Positions 39,784 to 48,512 of a stretch of DNA of 64,000 nucleotides are shown in pieces. The notes beneath the pieces were generated by a model, which saw only the letters and a program-made list of their open reading frames with translations, ran no database searches and was not told the origin of the DNA. Within the stretch, counting starts at the first letter, position 1. Each line of letters begins with the position of its first letter. The stretch comes from a virus, in the IMG/VR virus record IMGVR_UViG_3300002835_000068, positions 39,273 to 103,272 of that record. One strand, 5' to 3'. A program made the translations under genes and the position numbers.

Positions 39784-41243
39784 TAATTCTTGGTATTAAC
39801 GAAACCACACATGATGCATCAGTATCTTTAATTAAAGATGGAGAGATACTTTTTGCTGGTCATGCAGAAAGATACAGCAAGGAAAAAAATGATTGGTTTA
39901 CAAATAGAGAACTTATTAAAGATGCTCTTCAATACGGTTATCCAGATCAAATTGCATACTATGAAAAGCCATTACTAAAAAAAACAAGGTTGTTATTAAA
40001 AGGCGGATTCGGTGGAGGTAGACCATGGTTTGAAACAACAGAACTTGGAAAACTGCCAAGAAAAAACTTTAAGCATCACTACTCTCATGCAGCAGCAGGA
40101 TACTATACAAGTAGTTTTGATGATGCTGTAATTGTAGTGTTAGATGCTATTGGTGAGTGGGAAACTTGCAGTGTCTGGGTTGGTGAAGGAGAAAAGATAA
40201 AACATGTTTACTCTGATAGTTACCCTTTTAGTTTTGGCTTGTTTTATTCAGCATTTACACAACTAATAGGTCTAATGCCAAACCAAGAGGAATATATCAT
40301 GATGGGTATGGCTGCCTATGGGGACTGGAAGAAGCATTATCTAAAAGTTAATGCATACTTTGAATCTACAATCTATCAAAAGTATAACTTTCACAAGGGC
40401 ATTCAAGACTGGGGTGTTATTGAAAATGAACAAGACAGATTTGATATAGCAGCAGCCGTTCAGTATGTATATGAAAGAAGGCTATTGGAGTTTATGTCGC
40501 AAGCAAAGTCTAATACAGGTAAAAAGAACTTAGTCTTTATGGGTGGTTGTGCTCTTAACTCATCAGCAAATACAGCCCTGTGGACACTTTTCGATATGAT
40601 TTGGATCATGCCCAACCCTGGAGATGCTGGTAGTTCTTTAGGTGCAGCAGCAGCCTTATACGGAAAACACCTTGACTGGAAGACTCCATATCTTGGCTAT
40701 GATCTTGGAGGAGAGTATCCTGTTCAGCAAATTGTGGACGGTATATTAAAAGATGGAATCGTTGCAGTAGCATCAGGCAAAGCAGAGTATGGCCCAAGAG
40801 CATTAGGAAATAGATCTATCCTTGCCGATCCAAGAGATCCACTCATCAAAGACAAAGTAAACCTAATTAAACAAAGAGAACTTTTTAGGCCCTTTGCCCC
40901 AGTTGTTTTGGCTGAACATGCACATAAATGGTTTGATATGGATTTTGAAAGCCCATACATGCAATATACAGTAAAATGTTTGCAACCAGAAAAGATACCT
41001 TCTGTAGTGCACAAAGATGGAACCTCCAGGGTACAGACGGTCACTAAAGATCAGCACCCAGGATTATATAGAGCAATAAACAAGTTCTACCTTCAAACTG
41101 GTGTTCCAGTTCTTTTAAATACAAGTCTTAATATTAAAGGACAGCCATTGCTTAATGATGAAAATGATATTATTAAGTGGGAAAAAGAATATAATTTTAA
41201 TATATTGGGAGACAAGGGTGTCAGAACATTATTTGATGAGTAG
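39780..41243 (+). CDS. O-carbamoyltransferase (NodU/CmcH/TobZ family)
   Basis: HDAS, HHYSHAAA, DAIGE, MGMAAYG, GGCALN, GPRALGNRS, FRPFAP, LNTSLN. Confidence 0.95.
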   Translation: MIILGINETTHDASVSLIKDGEILFAGHAERYSKEKNDWFTNRELIKDALQYGYPDQIAYYEKPLLKKTRLLLKGGFGGGRPWFETTELGKLPRKNFKHHYSHAAAGYYTSSFDDAVIVVLDAIGEWETCSVWVGEGEKIKHVYSDSYPFSFGLFYSAFTQLIGLMPNQEEYIMMGMAAYGDWKKHYLKVNAYFESTIYQKYNFHKGIQDWGVIENEQDRFDIAAAVQYVYERRLLEFMSQAKSNTGKKNLVFMGGCALNSSANTALWTLFDMIWIMPNPGDAGSSLGAAAALYGKHLDWKTPYLGYDLGGEYPVQQIVDGILKDGIVAVASGKAEYGPRALGNRSILADPRDPLIKDKVNLIKQRELFRPFAPVVLAEHAHKWFDMDFESPYMQYTVKCLQPEKIPSVVHKDGTSRVQTVTKDQHPGLYRAINKFYLQTGVPVLLNTSLNIKGQPLLNDENDIIKWEKEYNFNILGDKGVRTLFDE

Positions 41244-42105
41244 TATTTTAAAAAACGATATTGTCGAGTCTTTGTTTTTTAATAATTTAGAAAAAATAGA
41301 AAGAACAGAAAGTGAAAGATTTGTTCACAGAACAGAAAATATAACTAAAAAAGATAAAGCAAATACAGATGTTGAATATCTGTATAATAGTTTTGGTTTT
41401 CGCTCAGATGAATTTAAAAAGGATCATGAAAAGGAGCACATACTTTTTGCTGGCTGTTCAGAAACAGAAGGGATTGGTGGCAACCTGGATTCGGCTTGGG
41501 CACATATGCTTTATTCTAAGATTTTAAAAGAAGTGGAACTGTCTGGATTTTTTAATATAGGACGGGCTGGATGGGGTTATGATAGGATAATTTCAAATAT
41601 TATGTCCTATATAGATTCTTATGGAAAGCCAGATAAAATATTTATTCTTTTCCCAAACATTGGTAGATTTTATAATTGGGATGGGGCTCAATCAAAATAT
41701 CTAGAAGTTTTTGAGTATTCTTCATCAATACCTCCAGAAATTGACGACGAAGAAAAAAAAATATATCCCAAGCACAAAAAAGATTTAAATATAGGAGATC
41801 ATAGAAAACTTTTTATTTCATTTACAATGATATTAAAAATATTTGAAGAGTATTGTTCTTCTTCTGGTATAGAATTGTTTTGGTCCACATGGAATAGTTA
41901 TGATTTAAAAAATTTAGAGAAGGTTAATACTTTTAAGAGATATATCCCTATGAATTGCACTGATTTTTATAAAGAAAAAGAAGACTATCTTTTAAAAATC
42001 TCAAAAGACCGTAAAGACTGGGGGTCAAAAAGAGATGGGCATGCTGGATACCTTCTTCATTTATCCTGGTGTGAAAAATTTTATAGTCAAATAAATTTTG
42101 ACTAA
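41236..42105 (+). CDS. SGNH-hydrolase-like protein (paralog B)
   Basis: YNSFGFRSDEF, FAGCSETEG, RDGHAG. Confidence 0.6.
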   Translation: MSSILKNDIVESLFFNNLEKIERTESERFVHRTENITKKDKANTDVEYLYNSFGFRSDEFKKDHEKEHILFAGCSETEGIGGNLDSAWAHMLYSKILKEVELSGFFNIGRAGWGYDRIISNIMSYIDSYGKPDKIFILFPNIGRFYNWDGAQSKYLEVFEYSSSIPPEIDDEEKKIYPKHKKDLNIGDHRKLFISFTMILKIFEEYCSSSGIELFWSTWNSYDLKNLEKVNTFKRYIPMNCTDFYKEKEDYLLKISKDRKDWGSKRDGHAGYLLHLSWCEKFYSQINFD

Positions 42106-42126
42106 ATGGCAGATTAGTGGTATACT
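42098..42126 (+). promoter_or_regulatory. Promoter for endolysin operon
   Basis: TTGACT-17-TATACT with extended TG. Confidence 0.7.
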
Positions 42127-42152
42127 AGAACAATAAACAAAGGAGGCCAGAC

Positions 42153-42803
42153 ATGGCAGCAAAAGGTAGTCTAGAAGCAATCATTGAGGTTGCAAAGAAG
42201 GAAGTGGGCACAATTGAAGGCCCAAAGGATAATGAAACAAAGTACGGCGCTTGGATTAAGGTAAACTTCCAACCATGGTGCCAGTCATTTGTTTCTTGGT
42301 GTGCATTTACTTCGGGAGTAAAGTCATTCCCTAAGTCTGCATCAACAGTTCAAGCAGCAGACTGGTTTAAGAAGAATGAGCGATGGTCAGATGCTCGTAA
42401 TGATGATCCACAAGCAGGAGACTGGATCTATTTTGATTTCCCAGACGATGGTGTAAATCGTATTTCACATGTTGGTCTTTGCATTAAGAACAATGGCGAT
42501 GGAACAATCCAAGTTATTGAAGGAAATACTTCAGGAACTGCAAAGGGAGATCAGCGCAATGGAGGAATGTGTGTTGAGAAGACTCGTGCATATGTTAAGA
42601 ACAACAAGAAGAAGTTAGTTAATGCTGTTGTTGGTTGGGGCCGTCCAGTTTATACTGGTGAAGAAAATGCTCCACTACTAAACAAGTTGGCAGCAACACC
42701 TACACCAGTTAAAACAACTTCAGCAGATGCAGCAAAGAAGTCTGTAAAGCCAGCGGTTAAGAAATCATCTGGTGGCGGAGGAAAAGGTTCGGTGGCACTA
42801 TAA
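42153..42803 (+). CDS. CHAP-domain endolysin
   Basis: PWCQSFV, GDW, SHVG, IEGNT, GWGRP. Confidence 0.85.
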   Translation: MAAKGSLEAIIEVAKKEVGTIEGPKDNETKYGAWIKVNFQPWCQSFVSWCAFTSGVKSFPKSASTVQAADWFKKNERWSDARNDDPQAGDWIYFDFPDDGVNRISHVGLCIKNNGDGTIQVIEGNTSGTAKGDQRNGGMCVEKTRAYVKNNKKKLVNAVVGWGRPVYTGEENAPLLNKLAATPTPVKTTSADAAKKSVKPAVKKSSGGGGKGSVAL

Positions 42804-43003
42804 TGGAGTCAACCAAAAGAACACTATTAAAAACAGCAAGTTGGGAGACTTTTCACCTTGTTGGTGTCGCTGGAGTAATTTATCTTTTCACTGGTGAATG
42901 GGAGTATGCAAGTCTTGGTGCTCTTATTTATATAGGTTGGGAAGCACTGGGATATTTCTTGCATGAAAGAGTCTGGGCTAAATTTGGAAAGAGGATCAAG
43001 TAA
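42803..43003 (+). CDS. DUF2061-like membrane protein
   Basis: RTLLKTASW...YFLHERVW. Confidence 0.75.
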   Translation: MESTKRTLLKTASWETFHLVGVAGVIYLFTGEWEYASLGALIYIGWEALGYFLHERVWAKFGKRIK

Positions 43004-43110
43004 TGCGTATTAAGATTATTCGTTTTGTTGTAAAAGCACTTGGATACGAATGGTCTGGAGATGAACTCAAACTGCCAGTTTGGTATGTAAAAGAAAAGAA
43101 AAAGAAATAG
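43003..43110 (+). CDS. Small basic protein, 35 aa (not in ORF track)
   Basis: TAATG coupling; fills the intergenic gap. Confidence 0.5.
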   Translation: MRIKIIRFVVKALGYEWSGDELKLPVWYVKEKKKK

Positions 43111-43114
43111 CACA

Positions 43115-43300
43115 ATGGCGTTGTACGAATACGATTGTATGCCTTGCGGTCAGCGGTATACAAAAGAAAGATCAATTAAAGACAACGATCCAGGGTATGA
43201 TTGTGAAACTTGCAATCTACCGCTGGTTCGTGTATACTCTAATGTAGGAGCAGTTTTCAACGGTAGTGGATTTTATTCCACCGATAATAGAAAGAAGTAG
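43115..43300 (+). CDS. FmdB-family zinc ribbon protein
   Basis: YEYDC..C...CETC...F.GSGFYSTD. Confidence 0.85.
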   Translation: MALYEYDCMPCGQRYTKERSIKDNDPGYDCETCNLPLVRVYSNVGAVFNGSGFYSTDNRKK

Positions 43301-43308
43301 AGTATACT

Positions 43309-43566
43309 ATGAGTACTATGATTGATACACCTGTAGAAGTTAAAGAGTGGGTACTTAAGGCAACTGACAGATGTGATTCATGTGCAGCAGAAGCATTGGT
43401 TCAGATTACTGGATTAAACGGAGACCTTCTTTTTTGTGGTCACCACTACAACAAAATCATGAATAATCCAGAAGGATACAAAAAAATGATGTCTTTTATG
43501 ATTACTTTGATTGATGAACGAGATAAACTTATTGAAAACAAGGCAAAGGAAGCACCACACGCATGA
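43309..43566 (+). CDS. Small Cys/His zinc-binding protein
   Basis: DRCDSC...LLFCGHH. Confidence 0.65.
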   Translation: MSTMIDTPVEVKEWVLKATDRCDSCAAEALVQITGLNGDLLFCGHHYNKIMNNPEGYKKMMSFMITLIDERDKLIENKAKEAPHA

Positions 43567-44324
43567 TTATTCAGATTATTGGCCTACCTGGTTCTGGTAA
43601 AACAGAACTGGCTAAGGCCCTAAAAGAACGCATTAACGCTATTCATCTCAATGCAGATGAAGTTCGTGCAACAGTTAATTCAGACCTTGGGTTTACGCCA
43701 GAGGATCGTATTGAGCAAGCACGACGTATGGGAGAGATGGCTCGTCTTATCTCTAAGCAAGGTGTTGCTCCAGTAATTGTAGACTTTGTATGTCCTACAG
43801 ATTTAACTCGTGCAGCATTTGGTAAGCCAGATATCTTGGTGTTTATGGATACAATTGCTGAGGGCAGGTTTGAAGATACAAACAAGATGTTTGAACGACC
43901 AGACAATGCAGATGTATCATTTATTAGTCACAACCTAGATGCTGAAGCAAAGGCATCACACATCATTGATAAGTTTAGTCTTCATGATTGGTCTGCCCCT
44001 ACAACACTTATGCTGGGTAGGTACCAGCCATGGCACGAAGGTCACCACGCCCTTTATAAGGAGGCTGGCAAGAGAACTGACCAAGTACTTCTTGGAGTCC
44101 GCAATACCTACAACACAAGCGAAAAAGATCCTCTTAAGTTTGATCAGGTAAAAGAATATATTGCCAAGGACGACTTTATGGATGGTGCATTAGTATTAAG
44201 ACTACCTAACATTACCAATATTGTATATGGTCGTGATGTAGGATATAAGATTGAGCAAGTAGATTTGGGGGCAGACATTCATGCTATTTCGGCTACGCAA
44301 AAGCGTAAAGAGATGGGTATCTAA
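43563..44324 (+). CDS. APS-kinase (CysC)-like domain fused to HxGH nucleotidyltransferase
   Basis: GLPGSGKT, NADEVR, DLGF..EDR, DFVCP, FERP; then GRYQPWHEGH, GRDVGY, ISAT..R. Confidence 0.8.
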   Translation: MIIQIIGLPGSGKTELAKALKERINAIHLNADEVRATVNSDLGFTPEDRIEQARRMGEMARLISKQGVAPVIVDFVCPTDLTRAAFGKPDILVFMDTIAEGRFEDTNKMFERPDNADVSFISHNLDAEAKASHIIDKFSLHDWSAPTTLMLGRYQPWHEGHHALYKEAGKRTDQVLLGVRNTYNTSEKDPLKFDQVKEYIAKDDFMDGALVLRLPNITNIVYGRDVGYKIEQVDLGADIHAISATQKRKEMGI

Positions 44325-44372
44325 GGTTTGGAACATAATCAGTAAAGGTCCTAAAAATATGGAGTGGCCAGC

Positions 44373-44576
44373 ATGAATGTATCTAAACAAAGATCAGCAC
44401 TAAAGGCTATTACCTGGCGTATAATTGGAACAGCAGATACATTTGCTATTGCTTGGCTTATAACCAAAGAGCCAGTTACAGCAGGTGCAATCGCAAGTTT
44501 CGAGGTAGTTACAAAAACAATCCTTTATTACTTCCATGAGCGTGGTTGGAATAAAGTTAAATGGGGGAGAAAATAA
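44373..44576 (+). CDS. DUF2061-like membrane protein
   Basis: RSALKAITWR...YYFHERGW. Confidence 0.8.
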   Translation: MNVSKQRSALKAITWRIIGTADTFAIAWLITKEPVTAGAIASFEVVTKTILYYFHERGWNKVKWGRK

Positions 44577-44983
44577 TGTTTGAATATTATGTAAAGAAAG
44601 TAACAAAGGTCGTTGATGGAGATACCATTGATGTCGATATTGATTTAGGGTTTGACATTTCTTTTAGTTCAAGAGTGAGGCTGGCTGGTATTGATACCCC
44701 TGAGTCTCGCACTACAGACAAGGCTGAAAAGGCTTTAGGGCTGGAATCAAAGGCTTATTTGAAGCATGCTATCGACAACGCTAAGAGTGTGGTTATTAAG
44801 ACTGAGAAAATTAACTCATCTGAAAAATATGGTCGCATTCTTGGTTGGGTTTATTTAGATGGCGATACAGAGTCTCTTAATGATAAGATGATTAATGACG
44901 GATATGCCTGGGGATATATGGGTGACACAAAGGTTAAAGACTTTGATGCTCTTGCAAAGGCTAGAAAGAAGTCTGGTAAGTAA
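44576..44983 (+). CDS. Thermonuclease (SNase-like)
   Basis: VVDGDTI, RLAGIDTPE, KYGRIL. Confidence 0.9.
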   Translation: MFEYYVKKVTKVVDGDTIDVDIDLGFDISFSSRVRLAGIDTPESRTTDKAEKALGLESKAYLKHAIDNAKSVVIKTEKINSSEKYGRILGWVYLDGDTESLNDKMINDGYAWGYMGDTKVKDFDALAKARKKSGK

Positions 44984-44984
44984 T

Positions 44985-45323
44985 TTGGAGTTTAAAGACG
45001 AGGACGATGCTATTGAAAAACTGATACTTGCGGGAGCGCTGGAGGTTGCTGGTATAGACATAGATACTGGAGAGCCAGTTTATAATTTTACAGAAAAACT
45101 AATTGACGTAAATCCAGAACTTCATAATGAGGTATCAACATATTTTTCTCGTGAGACTATGGCTTTATGGCAAGAAGGTTTTTTAGATATGGACATAACT
45201 GAAAAAAATCCAATAGTTAGGCTAACTCAAAAAGCATTAGACGAGATAGAGGTAGCAAATCTAAACAAGGATAAGCAGTACACTCTAAAAGAAATAATAA
45301 GAATTATTTCATTAGATAGGTAG
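44985..45323 (+). CDS. Hypothetical protein (TTG start likely)
   Basis: Acidic ORF beginning just after the SNase stop. Confidence 0.55.
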   Translation: MEFKDEDDAIEKLILAGALEVAGIDIDTGEPVYNFTEKLIDVNPELHNEVSTYFSRETMALWQEGFLDMDITEKNPIVRLTQKALDEIEVANLNKDKQYTLKEIIRIISLDR

Positions 45324-45344
45324 TATAATTGTTTAGGAGGAACT

Positions 45345-45764
45345 ATGGAATATTTTTTGGGATCTTTGCTAACCCTATTAGCCATGTTTGTCACAACAAA
45401 ATTGGTATCTTCAAAAACAAATACTATAGTTAAGAGTCCTTTTAGATACAGTCAAAGCCATATCCACGAAATAATATCTCCGTTGGTGCCAGATATAAAG
45501 TTGTACAAGAAAAAGAAAGATCGTCAATCAGATAAGCAAGAAGAAAGAACAAATATAAAGGTTGTTATTTTTGACAACAAGGCTTATTTTGTTAAAGATG
45601 GAACCTTTTATTGTGCAGAAATGCACGGAACAGAGATAGACGGAGCCAATGCTACCCTAGTTGACACGATGGGTATGGATAAGGTACAATTAGACAAGAT
45701 GCTATTTATAATGGATCAACTTAGAGATGGGAAGAAAAATGATAGTGGGGATTCAAGGAACTAG
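45345..45764 (+). CDS. Membrane-anchored hypothetical protein
   Basis: N-terminal TM; TATAAT and SD AGGAGG upstream. Confidence 0.65.
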   Translation: MEYFLGSLLTLLAMFVTTKLVSSKTNTIVKSPFRYSQSHIHEIISPLVPDIKLYKKKKDRQSDKQEERTNIKVVIFDNKAYFVKDGTFYCAEMHGTEIDGANATLVDTMGMDKVQLDKMLFIMDQLRDGKKNDSGDSRN

Positions 45765-46089
45765 TGGTTTTGATGACTACCAGGTATTTCTTAGAGCCAT
45801 GGCAGTCACCATGTCTTCTTTAAAAGACGAGGACCCATTCTTTTATCTTTACTCTGCAGGACCAGCAAACATCAATGCAATGGCTATGGAGTTTGCAAAT
45901 CTTTCAGAGCGTGGGCTTAAGGCTCGTGGTAAAAAAATTAAATACAAGCCAGTACCACCTTGGTGGATTACAGAAAATATTTCAGATATAAACTACTTTG
46001 CGTTTTTAAGTAAAGAAAGAGAACAGGTTTCAAAACTTGTTGATGAAGCAAAAAACAATAATGTCGAATACGGCATTTTCAGATACTAA
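45739..46089 (+). CDS. Hypothetical protein (possibly SLOG/YspA-like)
   Basis: IVGIQGTSGFDDY...SAG. Confidence 0.5.
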   Translation: MIVGIQGTSGFDDYQVFLRAMAVTMSSLKDEDPFFYLYSAGPANINAMAMEFANLSERGLKARGKKIKYKPVPPWWITENISDINYFAFLSKEREQVSKLVDEAKNNNVEYGIFRY

Positions 46090-46103
46090 CAGAAAGAATA
46101 ACA

Positions 46104-46313
46104 ATGCAGATCAAATCATTAGAACAAATGGAAACAATTGTAAATTCAAACAAGTCACTAGTTTGGGATGGATGGACTGTGGTCAATTCTTATCCTTCTG
46201 AGAAGGGAAGAACATCACAGCAGGGAGCATTTGTTAATGGCAAGTGGCACCTACAGCGTCGTTTTGTACCTTCAAAGAGTGGATGGGACATACCAGACAA
46301 GTTTGTGAGTTAA
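46104..46313 (+). CDS. Hypothetical protein
   Basis: LVWDGWTV; 69 aa. Confidence 0.6.
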   Translation: MQIKSLEQMETIVNSNKSLVWDGWTVVNSYPSEKGRTSQQGAFVNGKWHLQRRFVPSKSGWDIPDKFVS

Positions 46314-46314
46314 T

Positions 46315-46602
46315 ATGCCAAAGCATGAATGGAAAGATGATGCAATTTGTTTGGACTATGATACAAACTTGTTCTTTGATAAGTATGAAGAAGATGAATT
46401 ACTTAGACCAGCAATAGATAAACTATGTTCTGGTTGTCCTGTTGCAAAAATGTGTTTTGCTGTTGGAGTTTCTCAAAAAGAGTGGGGTGTTTGGGGTGGG
46501 GTATACCTAGAAAATGGACAAATGTCTAAAGAGTTTTCACGACACAAGAGTAAGTCTGATTGGGCCAATACCTGGCAATACCTTACAATGGAGTCTCAAT
46601 AG
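46315..46602 (+). CDS. whiB: WhiB-family Fe-S transcription factor
   Basis: W...AIC..D..LFF, CSGCPV..C, GVWGG. Confidence 0.92.
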   Translation: MPKHEWKDDAICLDYDTNLFFDKYEEDELLRPAIDKLCSGCPVAKMCFAVGVSQKEWGVWGGVYLENGQMSKEFSRHKSKSDWANTWQYLTMESQ

Positions 46603-47556
46603 GTGTTAGTTCTAGGACAAGAAACAAGGCCAGAAATCTTTGAGGGGGTTTATTCCTTAGAGTTTTCTGGCACCTATTATTCTCCACCAAATATAGAAAA
46701 AACAGAAGACTTTGAAAACTATGAAGTTTTTGATAATACAGAAAGTAAATGTGTAGTTATACTATCTGACAGATATTATCATACATTCATGGAGTCGTTA
46801 GGAATTATACTTCAAGAGTTTAATAAGAATAAAGAGACTCACTTCTTTATCCTAAGCGGTGCACCACCTGAGAACATGCTACAAGAACATGTTCTATTTT
46901 TTATTAAAGTTTTAAAAATGAATAAAGTAAAGCATACATTTGTAGATCTTTTAGAATATAAAGTTATGGATAAAAGGTTTTTAATAAAAGATTTTTATTA
47001 TTATTCATCTCCAAAGTTAACAGATAATTTTGTCACCAACTTGTATAGTGTTTCAAGTCCTTATCATTTTGAAGGTAGTCCATTTAGAAAGGTATACTGT
47101 AGTAGAGGAAAGACAAAGTATAAAACTGGATCTTGGATAACTGGAGATAGGGACCCAGAGACATTAAAAATAAAAGATGATTCTGCGAGAATGTCGGATG
47201 AGTTAGCACTTGAATCATACTTAAAATCTAATGGATTTGAGATTGTTTATCCAGAAGACTTTGACTCTTTTGAGGATCAGATAAAATACTTTAGTTCAGT
47301 TAAGACATTGATATCTCCTACGGGAGCAGGGCTAATCAACATGTGCTTTATGAAGGATGGATGTCAGGTCGTTGAACTAACCATACCTATGATGGTTCAG
47401 GGAGAGAGCACTATACACCAACACTATGCACCAATTGCCTGGGCTAAGGGTCTGGTTTATTTTTCTATTCCGTCAATGAGATCGTCAGAAGATGTTTTAA
47501 AGATAATGGACTCAAACAGTATAATAAAAGGACTTATAATGGAGGAGACATGCTAG
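46603..47556 (+). CDS. GT61 (DUF563-type) glycosyltransferase
   Basis: YYH, KVYCSR, GFEIVYPEDF.SFEDQI.YF, GAGLIN..F, VVEL. Confidence 0.75.
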   Translation: MLVLGQETRPEIFEGVYSLEFSGTYYSPPNIEKTEDFENYEVFDNTESKCVVILSDRYYHTFMESLGIILQEFNKNKETHFFILSGAPPENMLQEHVLFFIKVLKMNKVKHTFVDLLEYKVMDKRFLIKDFYYYSSPKLTDNFVTNLYSVSSPYHFEGSPFRKVYCSRGKTKYKTGSWITGDRDPETLKIKDDSARMSDELALESYLKSNGFEIVYPEDFDSFEDQIKYFSSVKTLISPTGAGLINMCFMKDGCQVVELTIPMMVQGESTIHQHYAPIAWAKGLVYFSIPSMRSSEDVLKIMDSNSIIKGLIMEETC

Positions 47557-48512
47557 TATTCTTTAACGATAGTAGGAATATCCTAAAATATGAACCAGAT
47601 ACAGTATATCTTCTAATTTCTAAAGATGACGATAACGACATATACCTTAAAAAAGAACTGTCAGAAGAAGAAGATAAACTTTTTTATTATAAGTTAGACT
47701 TATGCTCAAATGAAAATAAATTTTTTATAAACTTGCCTACATCCTACTATCATGCGGTAGCAGATACTTTATCACATATACTTGTGCATAACAAAAAGTA
47801 TCCTTCAACAAAATTTATCATCAACTGTTTTGAAAAAGATGTGTCAGAAGGCCTAAACTCTTTCTACAAGTTTTTCTTTGATGCTTTAGTTGCCGAAGGA
47901 ATAAACTATGAATCAATATATATTGATAAAAGAACCGCACTAAAGATAAACAATATTTCATACATAGAATCTATGGCTGTGTTTGAAGAAGGAGTTAAGG
48001 CTGTATCAGAACTTATAGAAAAATATCGTCCTCAAGAATCTGTAGATCCATATAGAAAAGTTTTTTTAAGTAGAGCAAAAACAAGAAAAAGAAAGAATAA
48101 CGGACTGTTTGGTGGCAGAGATCCAAAAAACTTTAATTTTTTCAATGATGACAGAGTAGATTCTGAACAAAGGTTGTCTGAGTATTTTTACTCTATGGGT
48201 TTTGAAATAGTTTGTCCAGAAGACTTTCTTTCTTTTGAAGATCAAATAGAGTATTTTAATTCAGTAAAGACGTTAGTTTCACCAACTAGTGCTGGACTTG
48301 TAAATGGACTACTAATGAAAAAAAATCAAACTATTATTGAGTTAGAGGTACCAATGGTTTCAAGAGGAAAAGAAACTCTGCACTCCCTATACCCAGGTCT
48401 TTTATTTAATATGGGTCATATCTTTATAATGATTCCAAGTCTTAGAAATAGCACAGAAATTATAAATAAAATAAAATTAAATAAATACATAATGGGGATT
48501 TTAAATGACTAG
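47550..48512 (+). CDS. GT61 (DUF563-type) glycosyltransferase, paralog
   Basis: YYH, KVFLSR, GFEIVCPEDF.SFEDQIEYF, SAGLVN, IIEL. Confidence 0.75.
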   Translation: MLVFFNDSRNILKYEPDTVYLLISKDDDNDIYLKKELSEEEDKLFYYKLDLCSNENKFFINLPTSYYHAVADTLSHILVHNKKYPSTKFIINCFEKDVSEGLNSFYKFFFDALVAEGINYESIYIDKRTALKINNISYIESMAVFEEGVKAVSELIEKYRPQESVDPYRKVFLSRAKTRKRKNNGLFGGRDPKNFNFFNDDRVDSEQRLSEYFYSMGFEIVCPEDFLSFEDQIEYFNSVKTLVSPTSAGLVNGLLMKKNQTIIELEVPMVSRGKETLHSLYPGLLFNMGHIFIMIPSLRNSTEIINKIKLNKYIMGILND

